Source: Ancylonema sp. (taxonomy: Eukaryota). From it: a stretch of DNA of 64,000 nucleotides. A program made the translations under genes and the position numbers. The notes under the pieces are model-generated. The model had not been told where the DNA came from. It did no database searches and saw nothing but the letters and a program-made list of their open reading frames with translations. The DNA lies in the NCBI GenBank assembly GCA_050230475.1, contig JBFLGF010000128.1, positions 1 to 64,000 on the forward strand. The letters are read 5' to 3'. Below are positions 1-13,493 of this stretch, in pieces. Numbering within the stretch: position 1 is the stretch's first letter; each line of letters opens with the position of its first letter.

Positions 1-3000
1 GGAAGCGGATCTGGTCGAGAGGCAGGCGGCGGTCCTGGGGGCACCGTCACGTGTTACTCGTCCGGGATCTCCGGTCACATCAGCAGAGACTGCCCTGACA
101 AGGGACAGATCTGCAATCACTGCGAGGCCATTGGCCACAATGCACGGTGCTGCTTCGACGAAAAGAATGGGGTGCCGCCTGGCCGACGTGCTGCCGGAAA
201 ATAGACAAGCGCCATGGTCGGAGAATTCGAGGACCTGGACTTTGGTCATGGCGAAATTTGTCTTGGCGAAGCCTGCGTTGGGGATCCGGACGGAAATTCA
301 GAATTTATGGTTGACGGGGGGGGCAATGACCACACAGACGGCAACATCACCCACTTCTCGACCCTCGAAGACATTCCGCACGAGCTGGTGTTTAGGCAAC
401 TCCAGGGTACGGTCCAGGTGAAACAGTGGGGGGCTATCCACCTGGAGACGCATGGAGAATGTGGTGGCATCGCCCTGCACAATTACCTGTACATTCCTGG
501 GATGCGCCTGAATCTCATCAGCGGGCAACGGATGCGGCAGGCCAAGTGGAACTACACGTGTGCTCGGAAACCAGGCAAGGTAGTCCCTCTCCTGCGCGAG
601 GACGGCAAGCAGGTTGCGACGATTCGGGAAAGCCTGCAGTCCTTAGATTCGCAAAATCCCCTACGACGGGGAAGTTGCGCTTGCCGTTGTTGACGTCAAC
701 CGCTTGCACGTGCGACTGGAGCACGCAAATGAGCGCGTGCTCATAGCCATGGAAAATTCGAATCTGGTGAGGGGCTTAGAGGGCGGAATTGATAGGGCGG
801 AATTTCTGGAGCTCTCGTCAACTGCGAGGGCTGTAAAATGGGGAAAGCGCACGACAGGCCGCACCCTCGCAAATCTGCCGACTCTGGCGAGAAGGTGTGC
901 CTCGGAAGGGTGTTCGTGGATCTTGCTGGCCCGTTCGTTCCAGCTTCCCTTGGGGGCGGCAAGTACAATATGGTACTTGTCGACGAGAACAACAGGAAAT
1001 CCTAGGTGAAGATTTTGCGAAGCTGCTCGGCGACTCATACAGTGGATCGTGATCTGGGAAACTCAGGCCGGCATTAAAATCAAGAATCTGCGGACTGACA
1101 ACGGAGGGGAGTTTATTGACGGGAGATTTTAGCTCTGGCTCCGAAATCGGGGAACGAATCACGAGACTACTCCCCCGCACACCCCTCAAGCCAACGGCAT
1201 CACAGAGCGCATGAACAAAACGCTCCACGACCGCGCTCGGTCCATGCTAGTCGGCATGAAGCTCCCTTCTGGCCTCTAGGGCGAAGCGATTTCCTTCGCC
1301 TCCTACCTCAAAAATCGCTGCCAGGTCGTGGGTCTCCCGAAGACCCCGGAGGAGATGTGGAGTGGCAACCCGCCAAACGTGAGCCACCTGCGCGCATATG
1401 GCTGCAAGGTCTACGTGCAGATGGAAAAGCGCGATCGCAAAGGGAAGATGGGACCCCTGGCGTGGATCGGGGTCAACGTCGGCTTCAAGGACTTCAGCTA
1501 CAGGGTGTGGGACCCCACCACCAACGTCGTCAGTAACGTTGGTGTCGGTCACGCCGATTTCGAAGAATCTGTCCCACCAAAGTGGTGGAAAGGGCAGCAG
1601 CTGTGGAAGAAAAACAAGCTCGCTAAATCTCCAAAATTTGAGGAGATTCAGTGGCCTGTTTCGCCGCGACCAGCAAGGGGAGCTGACCATGGCATCCAGG
1701 GTGCTGCAAGAGCTGGAGTTGGCGGTCTTGGCGGGGCAGGTGGGGGTGGGGCTGTTGGAGGTGGGAGTGGCGGAGGTGGAGGTGGTGGAGGTTGGGGTGA
1801 TGGTGGTGGAGGCGCTAGAGGTGGGGGTGCTGGAGGTGGGGGTTGGGGAGCTGGAGGTTCGGGTGGCAGAGGTAAAAGTGGGAGTTTTGGAGGAGTTGGA
1901 GTTGCAGCCAGAGGCCTTGGTGCAGCGGGGGCAACTGGAGATGGGGGTGGGGGCGAGGAAGAGACAGTTCCTGACGCTGTGGGGAATCCCTTACCTCAGC
2001 GTCAATTGCTTCCCCCCCATCAGGAACAGGATGCACCTGACCTCGTTAGCAACTCCAGCGGGGGTAGCTACATGGATGAGCAGCTTGAGGACGGCCCTCA
2101 ATGGTATCCCAGCGATGCAGGCGCTGAGAATCCTATCGGGGCTGGTCCCCCGGGAGGTGGCGTGGCACGGGCAGTTGTTGGGGCTGGGTTGGGAGCAACC
2201 GCTGAAACTGGGGTTGGGGCTGCGGGTGGGGCTGTTGGGGGCACCCTCGCCCCACCCCCACCTACCCGCCGATCTAGCATAGTGAACTCTGGTATTCCCA
2301 CTGTCAGATTCGAGGAATCTGTCGCAGCCGCTCTCCGCAGTCCAAAAAGTGCCAACTAGCAGGCTGCCATGGGTTCTGAGATGGCCAGCTTGAAGGAGAA
2401 CAAGGTCTTTCGGGTAGTGGATCGACCTCCTGGGGCGAAAGTAGTCAAATCCAAGTGGGTCTTCAGGGTGAAGAAAAATGCCAATGGGGAGGGGGAGAAA
2501 TACAAGGGACGGGTGGTCGCAAAGGGGTTCAGCGAGGTAGAAGGCGTGGACGACGACCAGACTTTCTCCCCAACTGTGCGTTTCGAGGGGATCCGTCAGC
2601 TGGTCGCCCTCGGAGCCTCCCAGCAGCTCCACATGCACCAGATGGACGTCACGACCGCTCTACGCTCCTTTGGAGGAGATCATCTACATGGAGCCCCCTG
2701 AAGGGACTTGCGAGCCAGGGGATGAAGGTATGGGAAGGTATGGCTCCTCCTAAGTTGTCTGTAGAGTCTCAAACAGTCCCCCCGCATGTGGAACGCTCAT
2801 ATCGATGAGGTTTTACAGGGACTAGGATTCCGCCGTCTGCGTTCCGATTTCGGGCTGAATGTCAAGGGGTCTGGCCCTAACGCCCTCTACCTGGCCCTCT
2901 ACGTAGACGACCTGCTCTTCCTGTCCAAGGAGCTTAGCAGGATCCTGGGGGTCAAGGTGGAGCTCGGGGAGCAATTCCGCATGCAGGATCTGGGGGAGGC

Positions 3001-4098
3001 AAAAAAAATCCTGGGCGTGGAGATCAGGAGGCAGCCAGATGGGGGCGTGTTTTTGTCAGGAGAAGTACGCTCGCGAGGTGCTGAGGAAGTTCAACATGCT
3101 GGCGTGCACCCCTGCAGCCACCCCTGTTGAGGTTGGCAAGGACTTTTGTAAGGACCCTAGGCCAGTGGCAGGCTTCGTGTGGGAGGGGGTGGCGGATGTC
3201 CCTCACAAGTCTGCAACGGGCAGCCTTCTCTACTTGTGCTCTGGGACGCGTCCTGATTTGGCGGCGGCTGTCAACAGCCTCTGCCGCTACAATCAAAATC
3301 CAGCAGCCCAGCACTGGGAGGGGTTAAAGAGAGTGCTGAGGTATATTAGGGGCACCTTAACTCATGGGCTGTTGTACCAGTGTGGGGGGGAGTTGTGTGT
3401 CTAGGGCTACTCGGACAGCAGTCATGGAAATGATGAGACCACACGCAAGGGCAGGGGAGGGTATGTGTTGATGAGTGGGGAGGCTGCAATAAGCTGGAGG
3501 AGTAGCTTGCTGGAGACGGTTACTCATAGCAGTTGTGAGAGTGAGTATGTGGCCCTCAGTACAGCTGGCAATGAGGCAATTTACCTTCGCGAGTCGCAAG
3601 GGGAGTTGGGCATTGCTAGTGTGGTTGGGGTTCTCTTCTTGGGAGATAATGAGTCCTCTCTCAATCTTGCAGAGAACCCAATATTTCATCGTCGATCCAA
3701 GTATATTGAGTTGAAGTGGCATTCTATTCGGGAGAGGGTAGCCAAAGGATTGATAAGGTTGCACTTTGTTAAGAGAGAGTTCCAAGCAGGTGATATGCTC
3801 ACTAAGGAAGTCCCAGTCAAGATCCTTCAGGAAAACTGTGACATGATTGGGCTTGTTGCTGCTCCTTAGGAGTTATTGCTTGGGAGGGGATGGGGGGGGA
3901 CCCTCCTGTTTAGGAGGGGGCAGTTTTTGATTGGGAGGGGTAGTTCTTTGGGGGGGGGGGGAACTTTGATGTGAAAAATCGATATCGATGACATGATTTT
4001 TGGAGGGGGTGTGCCAAAGTTTCTAAGGAGGGGGTGTGAGAATTGGCTATAAACTTTGTTGTATTGAGAATATTCGTTGTATCGATTTTGTGGCAACA
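1..4098 (+). mobile_element. Degenerate Ty1/copia LTR retrotransposon (5' end outside window)
   Basis: Copia domain order: CCHC-like knuckles (~52-160), protease-like FMVDGGG (~305), integrase (LRTDNGGEF ~1090; TPQANGITERMNKTL ~1180-1225; HLRAYGCKVY), RT (KSKWVFRVK, YKGRVVAKGF, HQMDVTTA, LYVDDLL) and RNase H (AISWRS, SSCESEYVA, KYIELKWH, GDMLTK; ends 3869). Many stops and frameshifts. Purine tracts at 3880-4034 precede a short TG...CA segment (~4035-4098) that may be the 3' LTR; this cannot be confirmed without the 5' LTR. Confidence 0.93.
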
Positions 4099-4771
4099 TG
4101 CCTTCTTGCTATATCTTTTAGCAAGTATTCGTTAGAACGACACATCCGACAAGGCATGTTTACTTGGGCACTAAATTGCGGCCGCCATAATATTCAATCG
4201 GACTCTTTGCAATCAAGACTCGACTCTCTTGTATGGCCTGTGGTGAATAAGTTTGATTCTGCAGATTGAAGCTATTGGTGTAAAGAAGGCATCATGGATG
4301 ATGGTAACACTCACACCGGTAATATCCGGACGCGTACAGAACGCGTCCGAGCCCGGACACTCCCGAAACGCGTCCCGGACCCGGACGCCAGAACCAAAAT
4401 CTGGTATCCATATCTTTGTATAACCTCCGGAATCAAAACCCTTATTGGATTTTTGCATCATAGTTGGGTTCCGGACCGTGAAGCCGTCATGACATTTGCA
4501 ACAAGAACGCTACACAAAGATTTGTGCACAAAGGCTCTGCAATAACGCATAAACATGAAAGACCTCCTAATGCACCTCTATTACAATAGGAGGTCTACGA
4601 TAGGAGGTATTGTAACATACGTGTTGATTAAAAGTTAAACTATGGGTCAATGGGTTAATTATATTTTATTTTAATGTGATTTATTTTTTGGTTATGGGTT
4701 GATTATAGGCGATACTATTTTCATAATATTTTCGTAGAAAATCCTACTTTTGTTTTTTAACGCGCGTTAAA

Positions 4772-5136
4772 CATAGTTGCACAGATCGTCGAGCCGGGAT
4801 GTCGACGTCCCGATTCCGGACCGAGGTCCGTTTTTATAGACCAACACATCATAAAGGCGGTAGCAAGATACTTTCCGTGTTTATTTTTTATTTTTGACAA
4901 GTTCATCTTGGAGAAAAAAATCTGGAAACATTCATGTCGTAAATCATGTTAGCTTGTGCATTGTTCAATTTTTATCCCCCAAAAAACCCAAAGATATCTC
5001 AGCATGTCCATCTCCCCTCGAAAACTAATGGGAAAAATAGAAACCTCGCAAATTTCGTTGTCTCACCGGGTCCCCATTCTGGATCCGGACGGACCGCGGT
5101 CCGTCCGGGTAAAATGGTGCTGATCCGTGCAACTTT
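4772..5136. mobile_element. MITE-like repeat, TAGTTGCAC...GTGCAACT family
   Basis: Terminal inverted repeat catagttgcacaga...tccgtgcaactttg with GGACCG/CGGTCC subterminal motifs. A related copy lies at ~23309-23678. Confidence 0.55.
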
Positions 5137-5318
5137 GGTGCCAACGGCTTCACGTACCATTGTCCCGCATTCTCGAGTTCCCGCATTCTCGAATCGTCAC
5201 CGGAACGGAACCGGATCGGAACCGGATCGATAACCATCAGGAAAAAGGAAATGTCGAAGTTCCATAAAAACCTTCACATGCACCGCAATTCGGTTCCCAA
5301 ATGTGGCGTATAACATCA

Positions 5319-5685
<367 letters not shown>

Positions 5686-6839
5686 CTCCCCTTTCTAGTC
5701 CGATCGAAGATTGTTCATATCCGGATAAGATCCGATATGATCGGCAAGATGATCAGGCATAGTTACTGGAACATTGGTTCGGGGTCTTGTCGGTTCTCGC
5801 CTCGGAGACCTCCCGCTCCCGACCCGGGGGTCCCTTTTTTGACCCAAGAGTCGGACCGGCAATGGTATGGTACTTTCCTTCATAAGTATGGGGTTTCAAG
5901 AGTTTTTTCGTGCAGAAGGAATTCTTAAAGAAACAAAAACGTGAATCATACTGCCTTGTGTATGCTAAAAAACGCCTAGGAACTGTATAAATACAAATTC
6001 CCCGCCTCATCCCTTTTTCCCCGAAAAAATGCCACGTCAAGTAATACCTGAGAACCATGAATCCTTCTCGGTCCCGACCTCGAACCCCGGCGGACCGCAT
6101 TTCTAAATTTGGTTGCTACCGGTTGGCGTAACCATGAAAAAGTTCACGGGGGAAAAAACCCCTAAGAACCGAGGTCCTTCCTGGTCTAGACCTTGGACTG
6201 CGGTTGTGTGATCGGTTGGGGTCACTATGTGATCGGCGATCGAGGGTTCGTCGGATTGGGGCGCAACTATGGTGCTTTGCAATGCAAAGCACACGTCTTC
6301 TCATTTGCATACGTCTTCTCATTTGTACGTGCATGGGTGCACTTAAGTGCACTAATCCGTACCCCATGCTTATGCCAATTATATCAAACAAGCCCGAAAG
6401 AAAGTGCATGCTCAAGCGCATGGACGAGCGTGTAAAAACATTTCTTAATAGTACAAGCATATATGCCTCTTGGTATGGAATTTGCTGGTTGTAGAAATTG
6501 ACACAAAACATATTACTACAGAAACGAAATAAAAACAAATGCCGGTAAATAAGACATTATAATATTGCCTTGCATCCTCACATCGCAACAACATTCTTCC
6601 CATCGGCCCAAGCCATGCTACCACAAGAAAAAACATTTTATATTGGAAGACTTTGGATATGGGAAAAGTGAAGTTCTCACATATCACGTGCTACAAAAAC
6701 ACATGTAAGGACAAGAAGCGTATACGAAGTTACATTCTTGTAGATCAGCCAAGGCTAGGATAGCGAATAACATACAAGGTTAAAATGTCCAAAGGCTGCG
6801 AACATGTCATCTTTAACTCGTCACTCATACTCTGCCGCA

Positions 6840-9559
6840 CTATGCAGCAGGCTGCGCATTTTGCTTTGCTTTTTCTATCAACGGTTTTAGTTGCCTCTTT
6901 TCGGCAAGAATTTTCAGAAAGTTAAAGAGGAAGGGGATGTAGTTGTGCTTCCGACGAATGTTTTCTGCTTTCCACCGTTTGTACTTCTCCTCCTCATTCA
7001 AAATTTCGACTGCACAACCAACGATTCCAACATCAGAATAATACCGATATCATTTTCCTGCACCGTTTACTCACCTAATCTCTTACTTGTAGTGGTATAC
7101 ATGATAATGAAGGTGCAGAATCAAGGTGCAGAATGTGCCATACTCTCCTCTACAGCCATGTCCTCACCTAACACTTGCCCACCAATTCTACGAATCGGAT
7201 GTGATCGAACATATTGAGACCAGTTCATACAAGAATCATCTCCATGACAGATCAAGTTGAAGCAACTCCTGATGACATGACAGGTAATGGACACTATCAG
7301 CCAGGGAAACTCCCTCCCTGACAACATATGCATAAAATCATCGGAGCAGCTTAGCCGATCGAACTGCCTAAATACGTTGCTGAGTCCTCTGTTCCCATGT
7401 ACTGTTCACAGATCGGCTGCATGGCCACTTCACCTCATGTCCCTTTCATACGAGACACGTGGTCTATGAGGACTTCAAACAAGACAGATGCAGGAATTCG
7501 AGGGACAGCTTGCCAAGCCATCGCCAAGAAACCAACTCCGCGAATACTAGCTGGTCTTTCCGGGCTGTGACACCACATATACATATTCGAAATTGCTGGA
7601 GTTTTTTGTGCGTTTCTTACCATTGACAGCAAGTATCTGTCTCTCCACCTCTGCCAACTCCTCCTTTGCTTCGTCTGCTCCCCTTTCCGCTGAGTCCACC
7701 TCCATTTCGGTTGGCCCTGCCTCTCTATCCCCTATCCCTCTCTCCAGGTTCGATTTCCTCACATTGAGCACCTCCAGTTCCTCCAGAAGGACCTCCCTGC
7801 GGTCCTTTATGACAGCCATGAGGTTGAATCTGATTTCGTTCTGAGCATATTTGTCTATCCTTTCTTGGATGACTGGCTGCACCATGCGGAGCCAATCTCG
7901 GTCTTTGTCGCCACAGTCTCCCAACTTGATTGGACCTCCCTTCAACCCATCCAGCTCATACAACGCGCCCTGAATCGGAAGGTATGATATGAAGTGGTAC
8001 ACATCGTCGTCTTTGTCCGCTGCCTTGGGCTCATCTGCCGCCACAATTGCTTCGGGTCTCGCAAAACTGTTGTGAGCCGTCCGGATGGCCTCGCTGTTGT
8101 TGATGGCGAGGCCCTTGAGCTCGGGGGGGAAGTCCTTTGAGAACTCTCTCAGCTTCTGTAGTTCTGGCCCAATGTCCACCTTGTTCTCGCAGTTGAGGAG
8201 GATGGAAAGAATGGCTTGCGTGGCGCAGGCGTTGTTGATAACCTGCAGCAGGTACAAGTACGGCCAGTTTTTCATGCCAGGAAGAGCAGACTTATGTAAA
8301 GGCTTGACAAATAAAATCTGCAACCTGCAGATGCATGTTTCTTTGGTTTTTTCTACCGCCATGCCACTCCTCCACCTGACTCTGTCTGTCCACACCTCCA
8401 CCCCCTTTTTTAAATTCTAAAGAACAGATGAGCAGAACATTACATTGAAAAGTCGTGTTAGGCTAATTTTTCTACAAACATCTGCAACCACATGTCCCAG
8501 AAATACTTTTGATCATCTAGTCCCAGTTGGCAGTCCAGTACACACAATACAGGCGTTGCAGCAACAGCAGCAATGATATTTAAAAAAAAAATCGTCAGCT
8601 GAACCTTTTCGATGATATGTCTGGCTGTGTTTGAGAAAAAAAATGTCAAAAATTTGTCAGCAAAAAATCCCCAAAAAGAAACCCTCCATTTTAAATCTCT
8701 CCTTGGTTTTCAGTCTTCTGTAGGAATACCTGATTGGCAAAGAAGATTTGGTCGCTGTAGTCGGTTAAAACAGGACGGGTATCGGATTCCCCAGCCCTCC
8801 ACTTGAAGAGAAATACCAAACCATATACGGGTCTGCAAACACAGCACTTTGCTTCGACTCACACGCTGCTGCAGGTAGTGGACGTAGCTCGGACAAGATA
8901 AGATGCAACCTCCTCTCACAAGGCTGGCTTGTGACGAATATTGCAATGGTAACGCTGAAAAGACGTTCGTGTGCGCGCATATGAACTCAGCACAGACACG
9001 GAGTCACTGGACAGCCAGCTGAGTCGGTTTTTCCTCAAGCTTTTTGAGATGTCAGATTCCAGTAGTTAATAAGTTGGACATGAAGTAAGTGACCGGCTCA
9101 CCTGAGGCCCTCCAAGACGTCCAAGTCCAGTGTGTACAACTCCTCAACCTGAAAAAAATGACAACCTAGCTCGTCAGGGACCAGCATTTCTGTTGTCTTC
9201 ACTTTCAGAGGTGAATGAACAAAAATGGATGATGCAGGCGTTTTTTCATAAGATACACATGTTTCTGAATGCTAAAATTGAGATACGAAGTTATTTCCAT
9301 CCATGTCAGCTACTTGTATGCGTGCAAAAGCCCCTACGAAACCGGCATAAGTGTACTAAAGTAGGCGAACCTGGACTCCTTTGACATCCATCTGCTGAAT
9401 GAGCTCCGTAAAAACTCCTGAAAATGGGAAAGAAACACGAGTAGTACTACATGAGTCAGCAGCTGTTTTCAGTGTGGAAGAGCAATTTTCGATATCCTGA
9501 CCAACCATAACTGAGGGGAACGAGGTACCTGGGTCAGATTCGATGGTACACCAAGACAT
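6840..9559 (-). CDS. UCHL5: Ubiquitin C-terminal hydrolase, UCH37/UCHL5 (plant UCH1/2) type; 6 exons: 9559-9529, 9417-9371, 9148-9102, 8832-8730, 8242-7621, 7009-6840
   Basis: Spliced translation [20 protein letters not shown]...[11 protein letters not shown]...[18 protein letters not shown] (catalytic Cys)...YHFISY...LYELDGLK (His/Asp)...IRFNLMA, then C-terminal [15 protein letters not shown]...LIEKAK. All introns GT-AG. Confidence 0.96.
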
Positions 9560-9737
9560 GGCTGCCGAAGGGTTCAAATGTATAAGAATTCTTCTCGCTG
9601 TGGAAGAATAAACCTCCAAGTCACTGGTTCCAGCCAATTTCGCAACTTCTTGCAAGAGGTGCGCTAGGTGCCGCGAGTTAGTACGGTATCTTCGCGGGGC
9701 CAGTTGAGGAGGTCTGAATTGCTATCAGTGTTTACAG

Positions 9738-11248
9738 TAGGGATGGGGCCCAACCCGCGACCCCACCCAACCCCGCAACTCCGTTCGGGTTGCGCAACTC
9801 CCGCCGGAGTCGCGGGGCTGCGTCGGGGTTGCGTGTTGCTTTTTGGGTTTGCGTGATGCATTCTGGGGTTGCATGGGGTTGCGTGGGGTTGCGTGGAGTT
9901 GCGAAAAATAATAAAAGAGGGAATTTATCGATCCCATTATAGGATCGATATCTCGATCTTTAGTTCATATTTTTCGTCATGGATTTCCCTCATCTTGGAA
10001 GGGACGATGCTTCTTCAAAGTTCCACATTTAGCACTCAAATGTGGTGACCATTGAACGATTTGTATAGTAAAACTTGTCTTAGTGAACGATTTGTACGGT
10101 AAAACTTGTCTCCATTAATACTGTCGGGACTGGGGAAAATGATCAATTAGTACATGTTATTAATTAACACGGTAAATTATGGATGATAATCCGAAATCGG
10201 GCTGAAGATGAGGATGTACCGACGGGCTCAGCGAAAGTCACTCTTGGGTACCTCTTTGGCGACTTAAAGCTGCCGTCCATTAGCATTGCTGACCTCCTTG
10301 CCTACAATCTAGGATATTTGATAGTAGAACCTTGTCATACATGTGCCACCATAGGGTGGTAGAAAATTTATGATTCCAAACTAGTCATCGCTTACGCTGC
10401 GAGTTATGACTTCGGCACTTTTATTTATGACAATTTTGGTATATACTACAATAAATTTGTTATATGTGTCGGTCCGAATCCAATACCTGTAATGTTCGTT
10501 GCTAAACATCTACGTGCAGTCTCTCACACCCACCTAAAAACATTACTCACACGATGGCCCCAAGTATTGATTATTTTCTGTCTTGCAATGGTGTGGCGTT
10601 GCATTGTTGTGACACTCCCATGAAATGGTAACATTGCGAATTAGTACGTTAACTCTACAATACAAGGTTATATGTAACGAACGACCAACTCCTATTTAAT
10701 CCTTCGAAATAGTGAAGAAATGGGAATTGTAGTTGCGGAGCACTACGAGTTGAACGATTCAAAAGGTTTGAATTAAGATAATGTAAAAATATACAATCGT
10801 TCGTTGCAGTCTGGATGAAGACACTTTCAAGTAAAGAAAACCAGTTGTTCAATCAAAGCCGAATATTGACGTTAAAGGCATAAAAATCGACATGCAAAAT
10901 AAATACAAGTTATATTTACAAGGAGATTATCGAACTACCTTCCAATGATTGTATCTTTCTCATGTGCAGTGCGTTACTAATAAAAACGCTCAACTCGCAT
11001 TACATGTATCATAAATTTGTTTCCAAACTCGCACTACATCATTTGGGGGTGAAAACCCTTTTTTTGGTGGTTTTTTGGGGTTGCGTGTTGCGTTTCGGGG
11101 TTGCGTGTTGCTTTTCGGGGTTGCGTGTTGCTTTTTGGGGTTGCGTGTTGCTACTTGGGGTTGCGTGGGGTTGGGTGGGGTTGCGTGGGGTTTCGAAAAA
11201 AACAACAACACGCAACCCAAAGGGGTTTGGGGTTGCGCCCCATCCCTA
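9738..11248. mobile_element. Non-autonomous hAT-like DNA transposon
   Basis: TIR TAGGGATGGGGC(C/G)CAACCC at both ends. Flanking 8-bp duplication gtttacag (9730-9737) / gtgtacag (11249-11256), 7/8 match. Subterminal GGGGTTGCGTG(TTGC) arrays at both ends. No transposase ORF. Confidence 0.85.
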
Positions 11249-12059
11249 GTGTACAGAGGTTGATCAGAAAGGAGTGAAACTCGATTGAACAAACATTTGT
11301 GGATATAGCGGTCCTCCATAACACAGCCGTATGAACATTGATATTACGACGATTAAATACTTCAATTCCCACTAAACTTTTTTTCGTTGTAAGTAGATAA
11401 TAGACCCTCAACATTATAGGATTCAAATTAACGAGGCGCTTAAAGGCAACTCCACAAGTCCACCTTCCGTAAATGCATAGGGGCTATTTTGGACCAATGT
11501 ACCGGAAGATACCGATGTGTCAATCTTTGTCGCGGATTATGTGTGTGTTCAGTGGTGAAGGGTATCACATATGGTGAAGTGTATCACATAGCCTTCTGCT
11601 TTTTTGGGGGGGATTTTGTTGAGTATTTGGGGGTTGTAAAAAAAAAAAAAAAAACAACAACGGATGCATTCGCACTCCTTGTGCGTGCGAATGACTCACG
11701 CCAACAACCCATATGTTGTTTGGATGTGAGGCTATTGTTGTAAATTCAAATGAAGATGCTATGAGTTTGGTGGGGTACGGTACCAAGCGCCAAAACGTTT
11801 GTGGTCCGCTCATGTTCACGGTTATCTCTCTTTGCTCAATCCATTGTACCCAATCATCATACCATTTTTCACTATGCAAGAAGCAATCGGCATGTGTTTG
11901 ATATTACAACACGGGATACTCTTGCGGTAGTGGTTATTGCAAAGTTTTAACGTAATTCGCAGTGAAGAACCGACTCAAGATTTAGGTGAATTTCATCTGT
12001 GGTTTCCGATTTTTTGCCTTGTATGAAATTGCGATCAATTTCGAAACACATTCCGATTA

Positions 12060-12970
12060 GAATTACCGTACTGGCCAAAGATAATGAACCGGGTCATCGA
12101 CCAACTTGATATTATCAAGCTGTATTTCTAGCTGTATTATGACCCGGGTAATTCAATTACCGTGACCCAACAAGCATGATGACCCACACCAAAACTATGC
12201 GTGCCACACCGCATCAGCACCGCAGAAATCAAGGTACAATGAACGCTTAAACGAGGAAAGAAGCAAAAAGAGGTATCGGCTCTAGATTTCGGCCCTCTAG
12301 CACACTGTAAGACAGCCTGACTCAGACCTAACTACACTGTCAATGTTAAAATGTGTTGCTGGACGTTGTCGTTGTTCGTCAATGAAAAGAGGTCCTTTAT
12401 ATAAATATATGTTGGAAGATCCCCCGAATATGAAGGTGACACTTTATAAGGTAACACTTTGAGTACATGGGATGTATCTTATCCAATCCAATTGGGAAGG
12501 AAACACTATCAATGTTTAGTCGAAGTTAAGGAAACGGCTCATTCTCCTTAATGCGCTAGTAGTTCATGACTTATACATTATAACCAGAGTGGTACCCGAT
12601 CCATCCCGATTCCCGTTTTGGATCGACTTCGGTTTTTGGGGTTTTGAGTACAAACAAGACAAAGTTATCCACCTAAGATAAAACCGACGTCTTTTCTGCA
12701 CGATTTCCCCCCCGACTCCACATTTCAAAGCTAAATTGCTCAAAACCGATACGAAAATATGCAGTTGCACACCGATGGCGATTTATTTGGACGCTACTAG
12801 ACTACAATAGGAACTCGGACGACCAGGGTCGAACCACACAAGTGTTGAATGAGTAGGTAATGCTGATATTCCAATTTTGGGGTAGTCCAAAAGATTTCGG
12901 AAATAATGCGTGACCCACACCCAAAAAATGAATTGTTTCATCCGACCCGACCCACCCTTATCATAATCGA
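12060..12970. repeat. Dispersed repeat; diverged inverted copy at ~22550-23300, fragment at ~41865-41925
   Basis: Shared blocks in reverse complement, e.g. gctaaattgctcaaaaccgatac, tgagtaggtaatg, ccaaaaaatgaattgtt...cgacccaccctt, ttaccgtgaccca. Confidence 0.75.
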
Positions 12971-13493
12971 TGAAGACTCGTTATCTTTGACCGGTACAAT
13001 AATCTAAGCGTATCGCGGCCAACTATGGCCCAAACCTTCACCACAACACTACATACAATAGATACACTTTCATAGATATACTTTCATATATATATTTTTC
13101 ATTGTGTCGCATGCCAAATAGGGCTATTGTGATTTCGTCACTCCAAACCTCTAATTTTGCTAGTTTATGTGTGGAACATCGCACTTGAATCTACAACTAC
13201 ATGCAGTGGTAAGAAAGGCTAGAAAATGTCATGGATAGTGGACATAATAATACTCAAGGTTACACAAATTTCTGACCACGGCGCTTGCTCAAACAAATAT
13301 CTATATTAACAAAATGTTTATGCACCCGGAAGGACTTCGTTTGAGGTCTGATCAACACATAAACTTAAGGTCAAGCCACTTGGGCGACGAAAAGAGCCCA
13401 CTCCCCACTTCCGAACCCGACATCAAGTCACTTTCACGCTCCACTCCAGTGGGCAGGGGTCCCTTTCTCTCCCGATAGGTCTGCCCATCTTGT

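Noticed and set aside
1398..2282. 294-aa Val/Glu/Leu-rich alternative-frame ORF in the copia element
   Set aside because: It is a by-product of the stop-poor G-rich tract overlapping the pol frame.
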